Virus record (IMG/VR): IMGVR_UViG_3300025417_000566
Coordinates: 1 to 64,000 of that record
Source of the DNA: a virus
Length of the DNA stretch: 64,000 nucleotides
Direction: 5' to 3' (one strand)
Shown here: positions 1-9,211 of the stretch, in pieces
Layout of the letters: every line of letters starts with the position of its first letter
Numbering within the stretch: position 1 is the stretch's first letter
The notes under the pieces: model-generated
Database searches by the model: none
What the model saw: the letters and a program-made list of their open reading frames with translations, nothing else
What the model was told of the DNA's origin: nothing
Program-made: the position numbers and the translations under genes

Positions 1-655
1 CGCTTGCAAATGCTTCGAACAACTTACGTCCAAAGTTATTTTCTCTAGCAGATTTGATGTCTTCCTTAAGTTGTGATAGTTCACCCTTAAGATGTGTTGC
101 AACTGCGCCGCTTACTTTCTTAGCACTTTCAGCAACAAACTTTGCTTTCAATGCTTCTAATTGTTTACGACCTTCAGCAACTAACTTAACCTTTGCTTCA
201 ACAACTTGTTGTCTGTCTACAGCAAATTCTTTGATTTCACGTGCTAATGCATGTGTAACAAATTTCTCAAGTTTTTGTTGATTTTCATTTTGAAGTTTAC
301 GATCAGCACGTAATTCTTTGATTTCTTCGGCTAATTTTGTAACCATGAATTCATTGAATTTTGTTGCTTGTTCTTCTAACTTGATTTTTGCTTTTACGCG
401 GTCTTCGTTCATTGCTTGTCTTTCTGACTGAAATTCAATGATTTCAGTAGATAGACCTTCAGTTACCATCTTATCTAGGGCTTCTACCATAACTAGTCGG
501 TCGTGTTCATATTTTTGTGCGAACTCATCACGTAGTTCTGCACGAACCTGATCCTTGGCTTCCATCAACTTAGATTCCCATACCTTGTTTAACTCGGTAC
601 CAATCTCTTCATTGATAAGGCCACTTTCTAGTAATGGTTTGATAGCATCAAACAT
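1..655 (-). CDS. gp22: Prohead core scaffolding protein (T4 gp22-like), runs off the window edge; missing from the ORF track
   Basis: ATG at 655 with GGGGA SD. Translates MFDAIKPLLESGLINEEIG... and continues as an E/K/A-rich coiled coil. Lies immediately downstream of gp21, as in T4. Confidence 0.8.
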   Translation of the reverse strand, partial: MFDAIKPLLESGLINEEIGTELNKVWESKLMEAKDQVRAELRDEFAQKYEHDRLVMVEALDKMVTEGLSTEIIEFQSERQAMNEDRVKAKIKLEEQATKFNEFMVTKLAEEIKELRADRKLQNENQQKLEKFVTHALAREIKEFAVDRQQVVEAKVKLVAEGRKQLEALKAKFVAESAKKVSGAVATHLKGELSQLKEDIKSARENNFGRKLFEAFAS

Positions 656-669
656 GCTCTTATCCCCTT

Positions 670-1305
670 TTAAATTTTGAGTTCTTTAATCAGACGAGTT
701 ACTTCGTCCTTTAAGAACTTCTGCACTTTTTTGTCGCCTCTAGCGTCTTTTGCAATTTCTAAAACTTTATGTCCATACTTCATATTTTGAAGACTTTCAT
801 AAATTGCTTTAGGATACGCATTGGGTGCGCTAGGCTGTGCAACAATATCCACTGTGATTATTTCAAAATCACTCACTCTGCCATCCATATCGTTAACGTT
901 ACCGCTACCTCTACTAGATACGCCGAGTTTCACACCACTTTCCAACATTGTAGTTATTAACTGACCCATTGGAGTTGGTAGAATCTTTAGTTTCCCAAAA
1001 CCATTGGGACCGTCCATCCACATACTTTCAATCATATGAGATACACGGTCTAAATTGATTTTGAGGTCATCTGGGTGATCTACTTCACCTAAAACGGAGT
1101 AGCCACCTGTAATTTGTTCGTTGAGAGTATTGACTGCATTCTCGATTTCAGACACGGGGTAAACACGCTCATTTGCGTTTTTAACCCCGCCCTGAATGAA
1201 GATACCTTTCATGTAAAGGTTCTTACTATCGTTTGCACCTTTAACACTTTCGACCACCATTTGTGCGCGGTCGAATGTTAAATGTTCTTTGAGATACAAA
1301 GCCAT
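670..1305 (-). CDS. gp21: Prohead core protease
   Basis: Motifs GIFIQGGVKNANERVYP, GEVDHP, GVSSRGSG and DIVAQPSAPNA are typical of T4 gp21. Confidence 0.95.
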   Translation of the reverse strand: MALYLKEHLTFDRAQMVVESVKGANDSKNLYMKGIFIQGGVKNANERVYPVSEIENAVNTLNEQITGGYSVLGEVDHPDDLKINLDRVSHMIESMWMDGPNGFGKLKILPTPMGQLITTMLESGVKLGVSSRGSGNVNDMDGRVSDFEIITVDIVAQPSAPNAYPKAIYESLQNMKYGHKVLEIAKDARGDKKVQKFLKDEVTRLIKELKI

Positions 1306-1319
1306 TGTTTCTCAGTTCC

Positions 1320-2132
1320 TTATTTCGCTACTGGGCTCTTAGTACCAGTTGCTCCGTCCTTCTTAACAGGAGCGGGTGTTTTGCCTAAGTTTGCGTTGTT
1401 CTTTCCTGGAACATTCTTAAAGTTGCCTGCTCCTGGAAGATTACCTTCACCTTTAGTTAAGTAATCACTTGGCTTTTTAGGACTTGTTGGTACTGCTTCA
1501 TCTTTACCAACAAAATTTACTGGCTTGCTGTCCATGCCTGCTTTGCCTGAATTGAAAGTAGTTGGACTCTTTTTGTTAACGCCATCATCGCCATGAGTTA
1601 CAGAAACTTTCTGAAGATTGACGTTTTCCATAACGCTTTCGTCCATGTCGCTCATTTCTTCGCCGCCCATGTCGTCCATTTCTTCGCCGCCCATGTCGTC
1701 CATTTCTTCGCCGCCCATGTCTTCGTGACCTTCGTCACCTGCCATGATTTCTTCAAACTCTGCCATTAATTGGTCTAGTTTGTCTTCGATTCTGATGACT
1801 GCATCTTCGATTTCTTCATGCTCTTCATGCTCACCTTCGTCATGATCTGCTTCTAGGTCATGAGTTAATTCATCACCTTCTTCTTCTGCATCGTCATCAA
1901 ATTCAATGTCTGATTCGTCTTCTTCTGTGACACCTTCTTCTTCAGCATTGATCTCATCAAGTAGTCCGCCTACTTGACCGCCCATGCCTTCTTCCATATT
2001 TTCTTCATCCATGAGTGATTCATAGATTTCACGTGACTTTTCAACTACGATTTCGTGGAAAAGTTCACGGGCTTGTTCTTCATTCTCATTGATAATGAGA
2101 TTGATAAGTGTTTCGAATTTCTTGTTATCCAT
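1320..2132 (-). CDS. Highly acidic putative prohead core protein (gp67/gp68 position)
   Basis: D/E-rich, many I/L-x-E motifs resembling gp21 cleavage sites, sits between portal and protease, AGGAG SD. Confidence 0.6.
   Translation of the reverse strand: MDNKKFETLINLIINENEEQARELFHEIVVEKSREIYESLMDEENMEEGMGGQVGGLLDEINAEEEGVTEEDESDIEFDDDAEEEGDELTHDLEADHDEGEHEEHEEIEDAVIRIEDKLDQLMAEFEEIMAGDEGHEDMGGEEMDDMGGEEMDDMGGEEMSDMDESVMENVNLQKVSVTHGDDGVNKKSPTTFNSGKAGMDSKPVNFVGKDEAVPTSPKKPSDYLTKGEGNLPGAGNFKNVPGKNNANLGKTPAPVKKDGATGTKSPVAK
1653..1721. repeat. 24-bp in-frame tandem repeat (~3 copies) encoding DMGGEEMD
   Basis: Unit catttcttcgccgcccatgtcgtc is directly repeated. Confidence 0.9.
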
Positions 2133-2167
2133 TGTAAGTTCTCCTGATAGAAATGGCTTTGTAAAGT

Positions 2168-2174
2168 TATTTAG
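2168..2174 (-). promoter_or_regulatory. Late promoter (CTAAATA)
   Basis: TAAATA core similar to the T4 gp55 promoter TATAAATA, intergenic, upstream of the core gene. Confidence 0.7.
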
Positions 2175-2238
2175 TACGTGATCAGGAAAACCGTCAATTA
2201 AGACGTATTTTTTGCGTTTTTAGTTAGAATATACTAAC

Positions 2239-2472
2239 TTAGGCTGACGGGGCGCCGGTTTCTTGCTCAGGCTTTGCACCATATTGCTCACGAACTTTCT
2301 TTAAATGCACTTGTTTTTCGTAGTTTCTAACGTCTAACATACGTCTTAATTTACGGATTTGCTTTAAAGTAAGTTTGGTTTTTCTTGATGATTTCCACAC
2401 AGGTCTACTGTTATCAGAATTGGTATCCTGATAGCCAAGGATTGGGGGGTCAAACATCTCGAATAGTTTCAT
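2239..2472 (-). CDS. Small basic head-module protein (putative prohead core)
   Basis: Lies between portal and acidic core gene; own TAAATA promoter 5 nt before the ATG. Confidence 0.6.
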   Translation of the reverse strand: MKLFEMFDPPILGYQDTNSDNSRPVWKSSRKTKLTLKQIRKLRRMLDVRNYEKQVHLKKVREQYGAKPEQETGAPSA

Positions 2473-2477
2473 ATTCT

Positions 2478-2485
2478 TATTTATC
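2478..2485 (-). promoter_or_regulatory. Late promoter (GATAAATA), 5 nt before ATG
   Basis: Minus strand reads GATAAATA-agaat-ATG. Confidence 0.7.
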
Positions 2486-2487
2486 TA

Positions 2488-4299
2488 TTATGCGAATCCA
2501 CCGCCACCCATTGGTGCGGCTCCACCTGCTCCTGCTTGCATTGCACTTGGTGCGCTTGCTACGTCACCACCTGCAACAGGTCCTGCAGTTTCAGGTCCTT
2601 GTTCTGCTTCTTGGTCTGCGTTTTCGATGTCTTCTGCTGTTTGATCATCTGATTCAAAGTCACCAGAACTAATACCAACGTTACGTAAGTCAGAACCTTG
2701 AGGTTCATTTGTAACTTCTTTCTTGTTCTCTTCTTCCCAAAGTTTTTCGTTGCGTTTGATTTCTTCTTCGGTTAATCCTAAGAATCGTTCCATTGCAAAA
2801 CGTTTACTTACATAAGGAAATGCTTCCATTGTGCTAAACACACTAACACGTGCATTGTCTAATTCACTTTGACGATATGCTGCAAAGTTTTGCGGTGGAT
2901 TAAACTTAATACTGAATAAACCGGTATCAATATTAAATCCTCTCCAACGCAAGAATAATTTAAATTCTTGATCTAGTTTCAAACAAATATAGTTCTGCAA
3001 ACGTTCGCAGTACTGATTGAAACGAAACTCTTGAATCATTGCTGTGCCAACACGACCATCACTTAATGGAGTTGTATTGTCGTCTGGACCTGTTGGCAAA
3101 TAACTACTCGGAACACGTAGACCACGTGCTAATCTGTTATTAAAGTATTTCAAGTCATCAATTTCACCAAGATTTTGACCACCGGGTAATACTTCTACGC
3201 TTGAACCACGACCTTCTGCTGTAACAGGGAAGAAGTAGTCTTCGTTCATACTTAATGGATTGTATGTTGCGTCAACAATACTAGTGCCACCATAAAGACT
3301 TGGAATGCGTCTTTGGTGAATTTCATTCTTAATTCTATCTACGAATGCCATAGCCATATGACTTGGCATATTACCAACGTCAATCTTAAACATTCTACGT
3401 TCAGGAGCACGTTGTACACGATAGATAAGAACAGCATCTTCAAGCAATTCTTTTTGTTTATAAACTTTAAAGATGTTTTCTAAAATACTTTGACCAAAGG
3501 GCCAAAAGCGATCCAGACCCTCCGTCAAACTTAGATGCACTACATGTTTAGCATCTACGGCTGACTCGCTTTGTCCCAATGTAAATCTTGAACCACTGGT
3601 GTTATATGGCATTGCAGGAACTGTGTAAGGTGTGTTTGTACCACCACCTGAACCACCTAACCCTGTTGCTGGGTTGGCTGCAAAGTCTGTGTTTGTCTTT
3701 TGTGCTACGCTCAAGTTTTGTAAGTTAATGTTAATGTCTTTAATAACGTACTGTTCAGGTTGTTTACCTTCACTTTCGTTAACAATAACTTTAATAACTT
3801 TAACCATATCAACCCAATATAACTTAAAGTTTTCTGGGTCACGAACAAATACTTGATCGCCATATTTAACAACGTTACGGAATACTTTAAACATACGAAC
3901 ATCAAATTCGTTTAGTTTACACCATTGTTGTAATTGCTTTGTAATTAGTTCTACTTCGTGGGGAGTAGGATCGTCTTTAAATTCTACTTCAAAAGGGGTC
4001 TTGTTGTGTTCGTTTCTTTGTGTACTGAATTCTGCTAAGATATCTAAACAAGCATTAATTTCAGCATCAACGTCCATCATTTCATATTGATTATAACGTT
4101 CAATTCTATTTGGGTGACCTGTGTAGACTTCTGGAAGTCTAGACATATAGTTCTTATAGCCAAACTCTGTGCTGTTCCAGCCACCTGTCTCTGAACCATT
4201 TTGTCCAGGACTGCCGTTCCAAGCACCGGTGTTACTATTGCCACCGGCAATCGGGCTTGAGAGACCACTCTTATTTAAGAATTTCTTTTTATATGCCAT
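2488..4299 (-). CDS. gp20: Portal vertex protein
   Basis: Motifs LLEDAVLIYRVQRAPERRMFKIDVGNMP, EDYFFP, LPGGQNLGEIDDLKYF and LRVPSSYL. Confidence 0.95.
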   Translation of the reverse strand: MAYKKKFLNKSGLSSPIAGGNSNTGAWNGSPGQNGSETGGWNSTEFGYKNYMSRLPEVYTGHPNRIERYNQYEMMDVDAEINACLDILAEFSTQRNEHNKTPFEVEFKDDPTPHEVELITKQLQQWCKLNEFDVRMFKVFRNVVKYGDQVFVRDPENFKLYWVDMVKVIKVIVNESEGKQPEQYVIKDININLQNLSVAQKTNTDFAANPATGLGGSGGGTNTPYTVPAMPYNTSGSRFTLGQSESAVDAKHVVHLSLTEGLDRFWPFGQSILENIFKVYKQKELLEDAVLIYRVQRAPERRMFKIDVGNMPSHMAMAFVDRIKNEIHQRRIPSLYGGTSIVDATYNPLSMNEDYFFPVTAEGRGSSVEVLPGGQNLGEIDDLKYFNNRLARGLRVPSSYLPTGPDDNTTPLSDGRVGTAMIQEFRFNQYCERLQNYICLKLDQEFKLFLRWRGFNIDTGLFSIKFNPPQNFAAYRQSELDNARVSVFSTMEAFPYVSKRFAMERFLGLTEEEIKRNEKLWEEENKKEVTNEPQGSDLRNVGISSGDFESDDQTAEDIENADQEAEQGPETAGPVAGGDVASAPSAMQAGAGGAAPMGGGGFA

Positions 4300-4304
4300 G
4301 TTAG

Positions 4305-4311
4305 TATTTAG
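4305..4311 (-). promoter_or_regulatory. Late promoter (CTAAATA), 5 nt before portal ATG
   Basis: Minus strand reads CTAAATA-ctaac-ATG with no SD. Confidence 0.7.
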
Positions 4312-4313
4312 TG

Positions 4314-7300
4314 TTAAACCTTAGTATGTTTCAATATCTTTTCATTAGTTTTATGGCTATTTTCCAAAACACTAATTACTTTGTCTAATTTTGTTGACAT
4401 TGTGTGAATTAAATCAGGGAATGCTTTACTCAAACCCATTAAAGGATCTTTTGTTGCATTAGATATTGCTTCTGGTTTTGCTGGCTCTTTTGCCAATTTC
4501 ATTAATATAGACTGAGGATCTAACGGGGCAACCAATTCACTGCCGTGCAGTTCCATTGGATAACCTGTTGAGGGCCCATTAAACATGCCACCTGCTTTTG
4601 CTTTTAAAGGTGTTTTAGGATCAATACCGTTACTAGCAACAATACCTGAAAGTGATCTTACATAGTTAGGGTCTGTGGCATATCCTGCTGATTTGATTGC
4701 TTGTGCGGCTTCAACAGGAGATGAACCAGGGGTAGTTTTTCTCTTAGTCCATTTTACTACGTGATCACCAATAGCATCATCTATACTAGGAAAATCTTTG
4801 AAATAATCATTAATATAAATGTCTTTTCCGTTAATTACTTCTCTAGTTCTACGTAGTGTTGCTGGCTCTATAGGCTGTCCATTTCTCTTTTTGGCTTTTT
4901 GACCAAAAGGATTATTTTTACCAGACATGTGTTTGCCCCAGCCTGATTCAAGGGCCCACTGTGATGCAGTAATTTCTGGGTGAGGATCACCTGTATTTTT
5001 AGCAGTTTTCATGACATCTAAGAAAGCAGGTTTAGGTTTACCTATAGTAAACATTGCATTAGAGATATCACCTCCACCACTACCACCTGCCGCGGCTGCA
5101 CCACGTCCACTTCTACCTCCACCTTCACCAGGTGCAGTATTTGTAAATCTTTCTGATGAGCCGCTGCCTCCTGTGTCGGCAGGTCCTGATCCTGCTCCGC
5201 CACCTGCTGTGCCTCCAGTGCCTGCATTGGCTCCGCCGGCTCCTCCACCGCCTCCTGCGGCTGCACCACCTGCGTCTGCGGCTCCGCCGCCGCCGCCTCC
5301 GCCGCCGCCTCCGCCTCCGGCAGCACCAGCGGCTCCACCACCGCCTCCACCGCCACTGCCAGAACTTGATAAGATTCCCATTGATTGAGCATATTTGTAG
5401 AATGCGTCTGAATTTGATTCTGCTTTAGTACCAAAATCCATTTTAGCAAATTTTTCAAATGCCGCAACAGGTCCGTCACCACCAAACAGTTTAGTTAAAC
5501 CTGCACCAACTAATGAACTAAGTGCAGTAAATGCTCCTGGTCCACCTTTGTAACTTCCCATAGCATTTGCAAAATTAACAAATGCTTGTGAATTTTTTGT
5601 TGTTTTTTCAGGATTAATGTCTAGTTTGCCAAATTCTTCAAACTTTTTCGTAGGCGGATCTTCTTTAAAGAATTTGTAGGCAGAACTTGATATGATACTT
5701 GATAGTGTTCCTGCATTTGGTCCACCTTTATAATGCGACATTGCTGTACTAAACGCAACAAACGCATCAGAAAGGTCTTTAACACGTTTAGGATCTTTGA
5801 CATTTAAATTAGAGAATTTTTCAAATTCAGTATATGGGAATTTTGTTCCACCAAAGAAACCTGTAAGTGAATCTGAAATTCCACTTAATACACCTGGATT
5901 TGCGGCTGATGCTTCTCCCATTGCTTTACTGAAAGCAACAATAGAATCTGAGTTATTTTGTATCTTTTCTTTATTTAGGTCAATCTGTTGGAATTCAGTT
6001 AACTGTTTTGCTAGTGCTTTAGTACTATCTACTTCTTTAGTTTTATCTTGGATATCTTTTTCTTTAGGACCTTTGTCATCTTTACCACCAATAGTGTCCC
6101 AATTCTTATATAAACCATATCCAGCGCCAATTATACCGCCCACGCCTGCGCCAATTGCTGTACCTACCCCTGGTACAATACTACCAATAGCCGCACCCGT
6201 TAATGCACCGGCAGTTGCATCAGAACCTACTGATACCCCAGCGCCTGCTTTTTCATGACCAGATTCTTTTAGTTTGTCTGCCGCTTTGTTTCCTAGATAT
6301 CCAACTGCTAAACCACCTGCGGCTAATCCGCCGGCTGCTAATAGTCCACCACCAGCTGCGGCTGCTCCTGCACCTGCGGCTCCTTCGGCTGCTCCTGCAA
6401 CGCCTGCCGCACCTTCAGCCGCACCTGCAACGCCTGCCGCACCTTCAGCCGCACCTGCAACACCTGTTGCCCCTTCGGCTGCGCCTGCGGCACCTTCAAG
6501 ACCTTCAGCAGTCTTTAATATATTACCACCTTGACCACCTAAAGGTTTAGTAATCTTGTCTAATACTCCACCGCTTTTACCAAATAATCCTTTACCTTCT
6601 AACAATGAAGTTAGTTGGTTTTTAGCCATTACTGCGGTTAAACCTACTACAGCAACAGTTAATGCTCCCATAGCAACAGTCAATAATGTCAAGTGCTGGC
6701 TTGCTTTGTTGATTAAATCATCAGTAGCAATTCGTGCTTTAATTTCTCTTTCTTGTAAATTAGCCGCGGCTTGTGATTTAGCATCTTCTCTGCCTTGTGC
6801 GTCTTTACCTTGTTTAGCAAGTTCAGTGTCTCGGTCTATTTTTGCACGTTGGGCATCACGTTCTTCCGCAGTCATTCCTGCTTGTGCTTGCCCTGATTGT
6901 AAACCTTCTTTGTTTCCAATTAATAGATTTTTTGCGGCACCTTCACCTGCAATACCTATCGTGTCACCTAATGCAGTTGCCTGCTTGTCTGTTGCTTCTC
7001 CAATTTTATTAGAAGCAGCCTTACCATAGGCTTCACCTTGGCGTTCAGCATTTACTAAATCAAGTTTACCTTGAGCATCATATGTTGCTCTTGTGCCTTG
7101 TATTTGATTTTGCAAATCTTTGGCATTCATGCCTGTTTGCGTAAAGTACTTTGCAGTTTCCTTATTAATTGTGCCTGTTCTGGCTGCTTGACCAACGGCC
7201 GCACCTGCGGCTTCGCCTTGTTCAGCAGTAACACGATTAATTAACGCTTTTCTAGCCTGTTGTTGTGCTAGAACATCATCAGCTTCTTTATCTCTGCCTT

Positions 7301-8291
7301 CTTTTCTAAGTTTAGCAATCTTTACATTTTCTTGACGTTCTTTTAATACTTCTTCAAATTTTTGTTGATTAACTAACTGTTCTTGTTTTAATTGGTCAGC
7401 ATTTTTACCAGTTAATGCACTTAGTTTTACTAAGTTTTCTGTGTATTCTAATGATGCATTCTTTAATGTTTCACGACCAATAGTTTCGCTTTTTAGTGCA
7501 ATAACTGATAGTTGTTGTTGTGCTAGATAGTCTGCTTGATTTTGAGTAAGTTCCTCATAGGACATACCCAAATTTCTAAATTCTTTTCTTACGTCACTAC
7601 CGGCATTGGCTACTTCTAAGAATTTTGATGCACCTTCGCCTGCCGTGCCACCTAAAGCAACTAGATTTTTACCTACTGTTTGTAATGGTTTAACTAATTT
7701 TTCTAAGTCAGCAGAAGAATAACCTGCGGCTCTTCCTAAACCTGCAAGTTTGTCTACACTTTGACCTAAAGCCGCGCCTGATTTTGATAAACTATCTCTA
7801 AAACCTATTTGATCATCTAACTGTTTTGTAACAGCCTGTGTGACCATTGTAAAGGCTTTGGCTAGTGCGCCGGCTGCTGTTCCTGCAATACCAAAGTTTT
7901 TACCAAGTTCTAATGCCGCATCGCCTACCGAACCAATAGCACTATTATATTTTGCAAACCCTTTTTGACCACTTAGTAACGCATCACCAAACGATCCCAA
8001 AGCCATAACCGCACTGCCGCCGGCTGCTTTAAGGCTTTTGTTAAAATCATCTATTTCTTGTTGTGCTTCTTTTTCTGCATCTGCCAATGCTTTTGCTACT
8101 GGTGTCGCATTTTTTTGAGCAGTAGTATGTGAATTAGTTGCGTCAGTATACTGTTTGGCTGCCCCACCCATGCTGTTTATGTTTTTGGCAAAATCCCCCA
8201 TAGTGGAGTTGGTTCTGCCTATCATTTCAGACATTGCGGCTAGATTTTCGTTAATCTGTCTTAAAATTTCTGGGTCAATTGAGTCAGCCAT
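4314..8291 (-). CDS. Tape measure-like protein with glycine-zipper segment and C-terminal GH73 (FlgJ/glucosaminidase-like) peptidoglycan hydrolase
   Basis: Long Ala/Gln/Lys-rich helical body; GAAIGSIVPGVGTAIGAGVGG segment; QWALESGWG, NNPFGQKA and GYATDPNY motifs; adjacent to gp26/gp51. Confidence 0.8.
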   Translation of the reverse strand: MADSIDPEILRQINENLAAMSEMIGRTNSTMGDFAKNINSMGGAAKQYTDATNSHTTAQKNATPVAKALADAEKEAQQEIDDFNKSLKAAGGSAVMALGSFGDALLSGQKGFAKYNSAIGSVGDAALELGKNFGIAGTAAGALAKAFTMVTQAVTKQLDDQIGFRDSLSKSGAALGQSVDKLAGLGRAAGYSSADLEKLVKPLQTVGKNLVALGGTAGEGASKFLEVANAGSDVRKEFRNLGMSYEELTQNQADYLAQQQLSVIALKSETIGRETLKNASLEYTENLVKLSALTGKNADQLKQEQLVNQQKFEEVLKERQENVKIAKLRKEGRDKEADDVLAQQQARKALINRVTAEQGEAAGAAVGQAARTGTINKETAKYFTQTGMNAKDLQNQIQGTRATYDAQGKLDLVNAERQGEAYGKAASNKIGEATDKQATALGDTIGIAGEGAAKNLLIGNKEGLQSGQAQAGMTAEERDAQRAKIDRDTELAKQGKDAQGREDAKSQAAANLQEREIKARIATDDLINKASQHLTLLTVAMGALTVAVVGLTAVMAKNQLTSLLEGKGLFGKSGGVLDKITKPLGGQGGNILKTAEGLEGAAGAAEGATGVAGAAEGAAGVAGAAEGAAGVAGAAEGAAGAGAAAAGGGLLAAGGLAAGGLAVGYLGNKAADKLKESGHEKAGAGVSVGSDATAGALTGAAIGSIVPGVGTAIGAGVGGIIGAGYGLYKNWDTIGGKDDKGPKEKDIQDKTKEVDSTKALAKQLTEFQQIDLNKEKIQNNSDSIVAFSKAMGEASAANPGVLSGISDSLTGFFGGTKFPYTEFEKFSNLNVKDPKRVKDLSDAFVAFSTAMSHYKGGPNAGTLSSIISSSAYKFFKEDPPTKKFEEFGKLDINPEKTTKNSQAFVNFANAMGSYKGGPGAFTALSSLVGAGLTKLFGGDGPVAAFEKFAKMDFGTKAESNSDAFYKYAQSMGILSSSGSGGGGGGGAAGAAGGGGGGGGGGGGAADAGGAAAGGGGGAGGANAGTGGTAGGGAGSGPADTGGSGSSERFTNTAPGEGGGRSGRGAAAAGGSGGGDISNAMFTIGKPKPAFLDVMKTAKNTGDPHPEITASQWALESGWGKHMSGKNNPFGQKAKKRNGQPIEPATLRRTREVINGKDIYINDYFKDFPSIDDAIGDHVVKWTKRKTTPGSSPVEAAQAIKSAGYATDPNYVRSLSGIVASNGIDPKTPLKAKAGGMFNGPSTGYPMELHGSELVAPLDPQSILMKLAKEPAKPEAISNATKDPLMGLSKAFPDLIHTMSTKLDKVISVLENSHKTNEKILKHTKV
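5075..5365 (-). repeat. Gly/Ala low-complexity linker within the tape measure gene (local GC peak)
   Basis: ccg/cct/cca triplet runs on the plus strand encode poly-Gly on the minus strand. Confidence 0.85.
6370..6498. repeat. 30-bp in-frame tandem repeat (~4 copies) encoding AAEGAAGVAG
   Basis: Unit gcacctgcaacgcctgccgcaccttcagcc repeated with some divergence. Confidence 0.85.
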
Positions 8292-8328
8292 TATAGTTCC
8301 AAGTTTTTATATATCCAGGTTTTTGCCC

Positions 8329-8350
8329 ACTAAATACACATGTATTTAGT
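8329..8350. promoter_or_regulatory. Palindromic bidirectional late promoter pair
   Basis: actaaataca-ca-tgtatttagt is a perfect 10-bp inverted repeat with CTAAATA on each strand, between divergent genes. Confidence 0.75.
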
Positions 8351-8386
8351 ATTAAATAAAATCCATAAATTTATGAGGAACAACCA

Positions 8387-9211
8387 ATGAACCAAAACCC
8401 ACTCAAGCAGTATTTCAGAAGACCTGCAGTATATCTTAAGTTACCTAGCGGTGGCAAAGACTATACTCCAGACGTTATTGATATGCCTGAAAATGGAGAA
8501 TTGCCCATCTACCCAATGACAGCGATTGACGAAATCACTGCCAGAACCCCTGACGCATTGTTTAATGGTGTAGCAGTTGCAGAATTAATGAAGAGTTGTG
8601 TTCCTAACATTAAAGACCCATGGCGTATTAGTAGCAATGACTTAGATGCATTGCTTATTGGTATTAAAGCCGCAGCCGGTGGTGATGGTTTATCAATTGA
8701 ATCTACATGCCCAAGTTGCCAAGAAGAAAGCACTTATGGGGTAAATCTTGTAGGTTTACTTAGCACATTAGTTGCTGGTGATTATACTAAAGAACTTAAA
8801 ATCAGCGATCTTTCTTTCAAGTTCCGTCCTTTGACATACAAAGAAATGAACGAGGCTGCACTTTCACAATTTGAAATTCAAAAGATGTTCCAAGGCATTA
8901 ATTCTATGCCAGATGGCCCGGATAAAGAAGCCGCAAGTAATCAAGCATTGAAAAAGATTACTGAATTGACTATGCAACTATTGAGCAAAGCAATTACCTA
9001 TGTACAGACTCCAGGTACTAGAGTTGAAGAACCTGAGTTTATTTTAGATTTCTTACAAAATTGTGATAGAAACATCTATATTCAAGTACGAGATTACAAC
9101 GCAGAACTAAAAATGGCTACACAAATGAAGCCAATTGATATCAGATGTATCAAGTGTAATCACGAATACAAGCAAGAATTCACATTAAACGCTTCTGATT
9201 TTTTCGGTTAA
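8387..9211 (+). CDS. gp26: Baseplate hub assembly chaperone (T4 gp26-like)
   Basis: NPLKQYFRRP, LPSGG, PMTAIDEI, two CxxC motifs, FRPLTYKE and C-terminal DFFG. Confidence 0.75.
   Translation: MNQNPLKQYFRRPAVYLKLPSGGKDYTPDVIDMPENGELPIYPMTAIDEITARTPDALFNGVAVAELMKSCVPNIKDPWRISSNDLDALLIGIKAAAGGDGLSIESTCPSCQEESTYGVNLVGLLSTLVAGDYTKELKISDLSFKFRPLTYKEMNEAALSQFEIQKMFQGINSMPDGPDKEAASNQALKKITELTMQLLSKAITYVQTPGTRVEEPEFILDFLQNCDRNIYIQVRDYNAELKMATQMKPIDIRCIKCNHEYKQEFTLNASDFFG
9199..9205 (+). promoter_or_regulatory. Slippery heptamer T TTT TTC (putative -1 programmed ribosomal frameshift site)
   Basis: X XXY YYZ pattern in the correct phase, within the 13-nt overlap between the gp26 frame and the -1 ORF. 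Confidence 0.7.

Noticed and set aside
1653-1721. 24-bp repeats (and 30-bp repeats at 6370-6498) as CRISPR arrays
   Set aside because: No spacers, unit lengths are multiples of 3, they lie within CDSs, and there are no cas genes.
2185-2225. Possible terminator (cgtc/gacg stem near T runs)
   Set aside because: Stem too short and weak to call.
5011-5485. Pro-rich and Arg/Leu-rich ORFs (5011-5388, 5156-5428, 5042-5485)
   Set aside because: Shadow frames of the poly-Gly linker in the tape measure gene; low complexity suppresses stop codons.
5797-7029. Plus-strand ORFs of 86-157 aa
   Set aside because: Antisense shadows of the tape measure; no SD or promoter.
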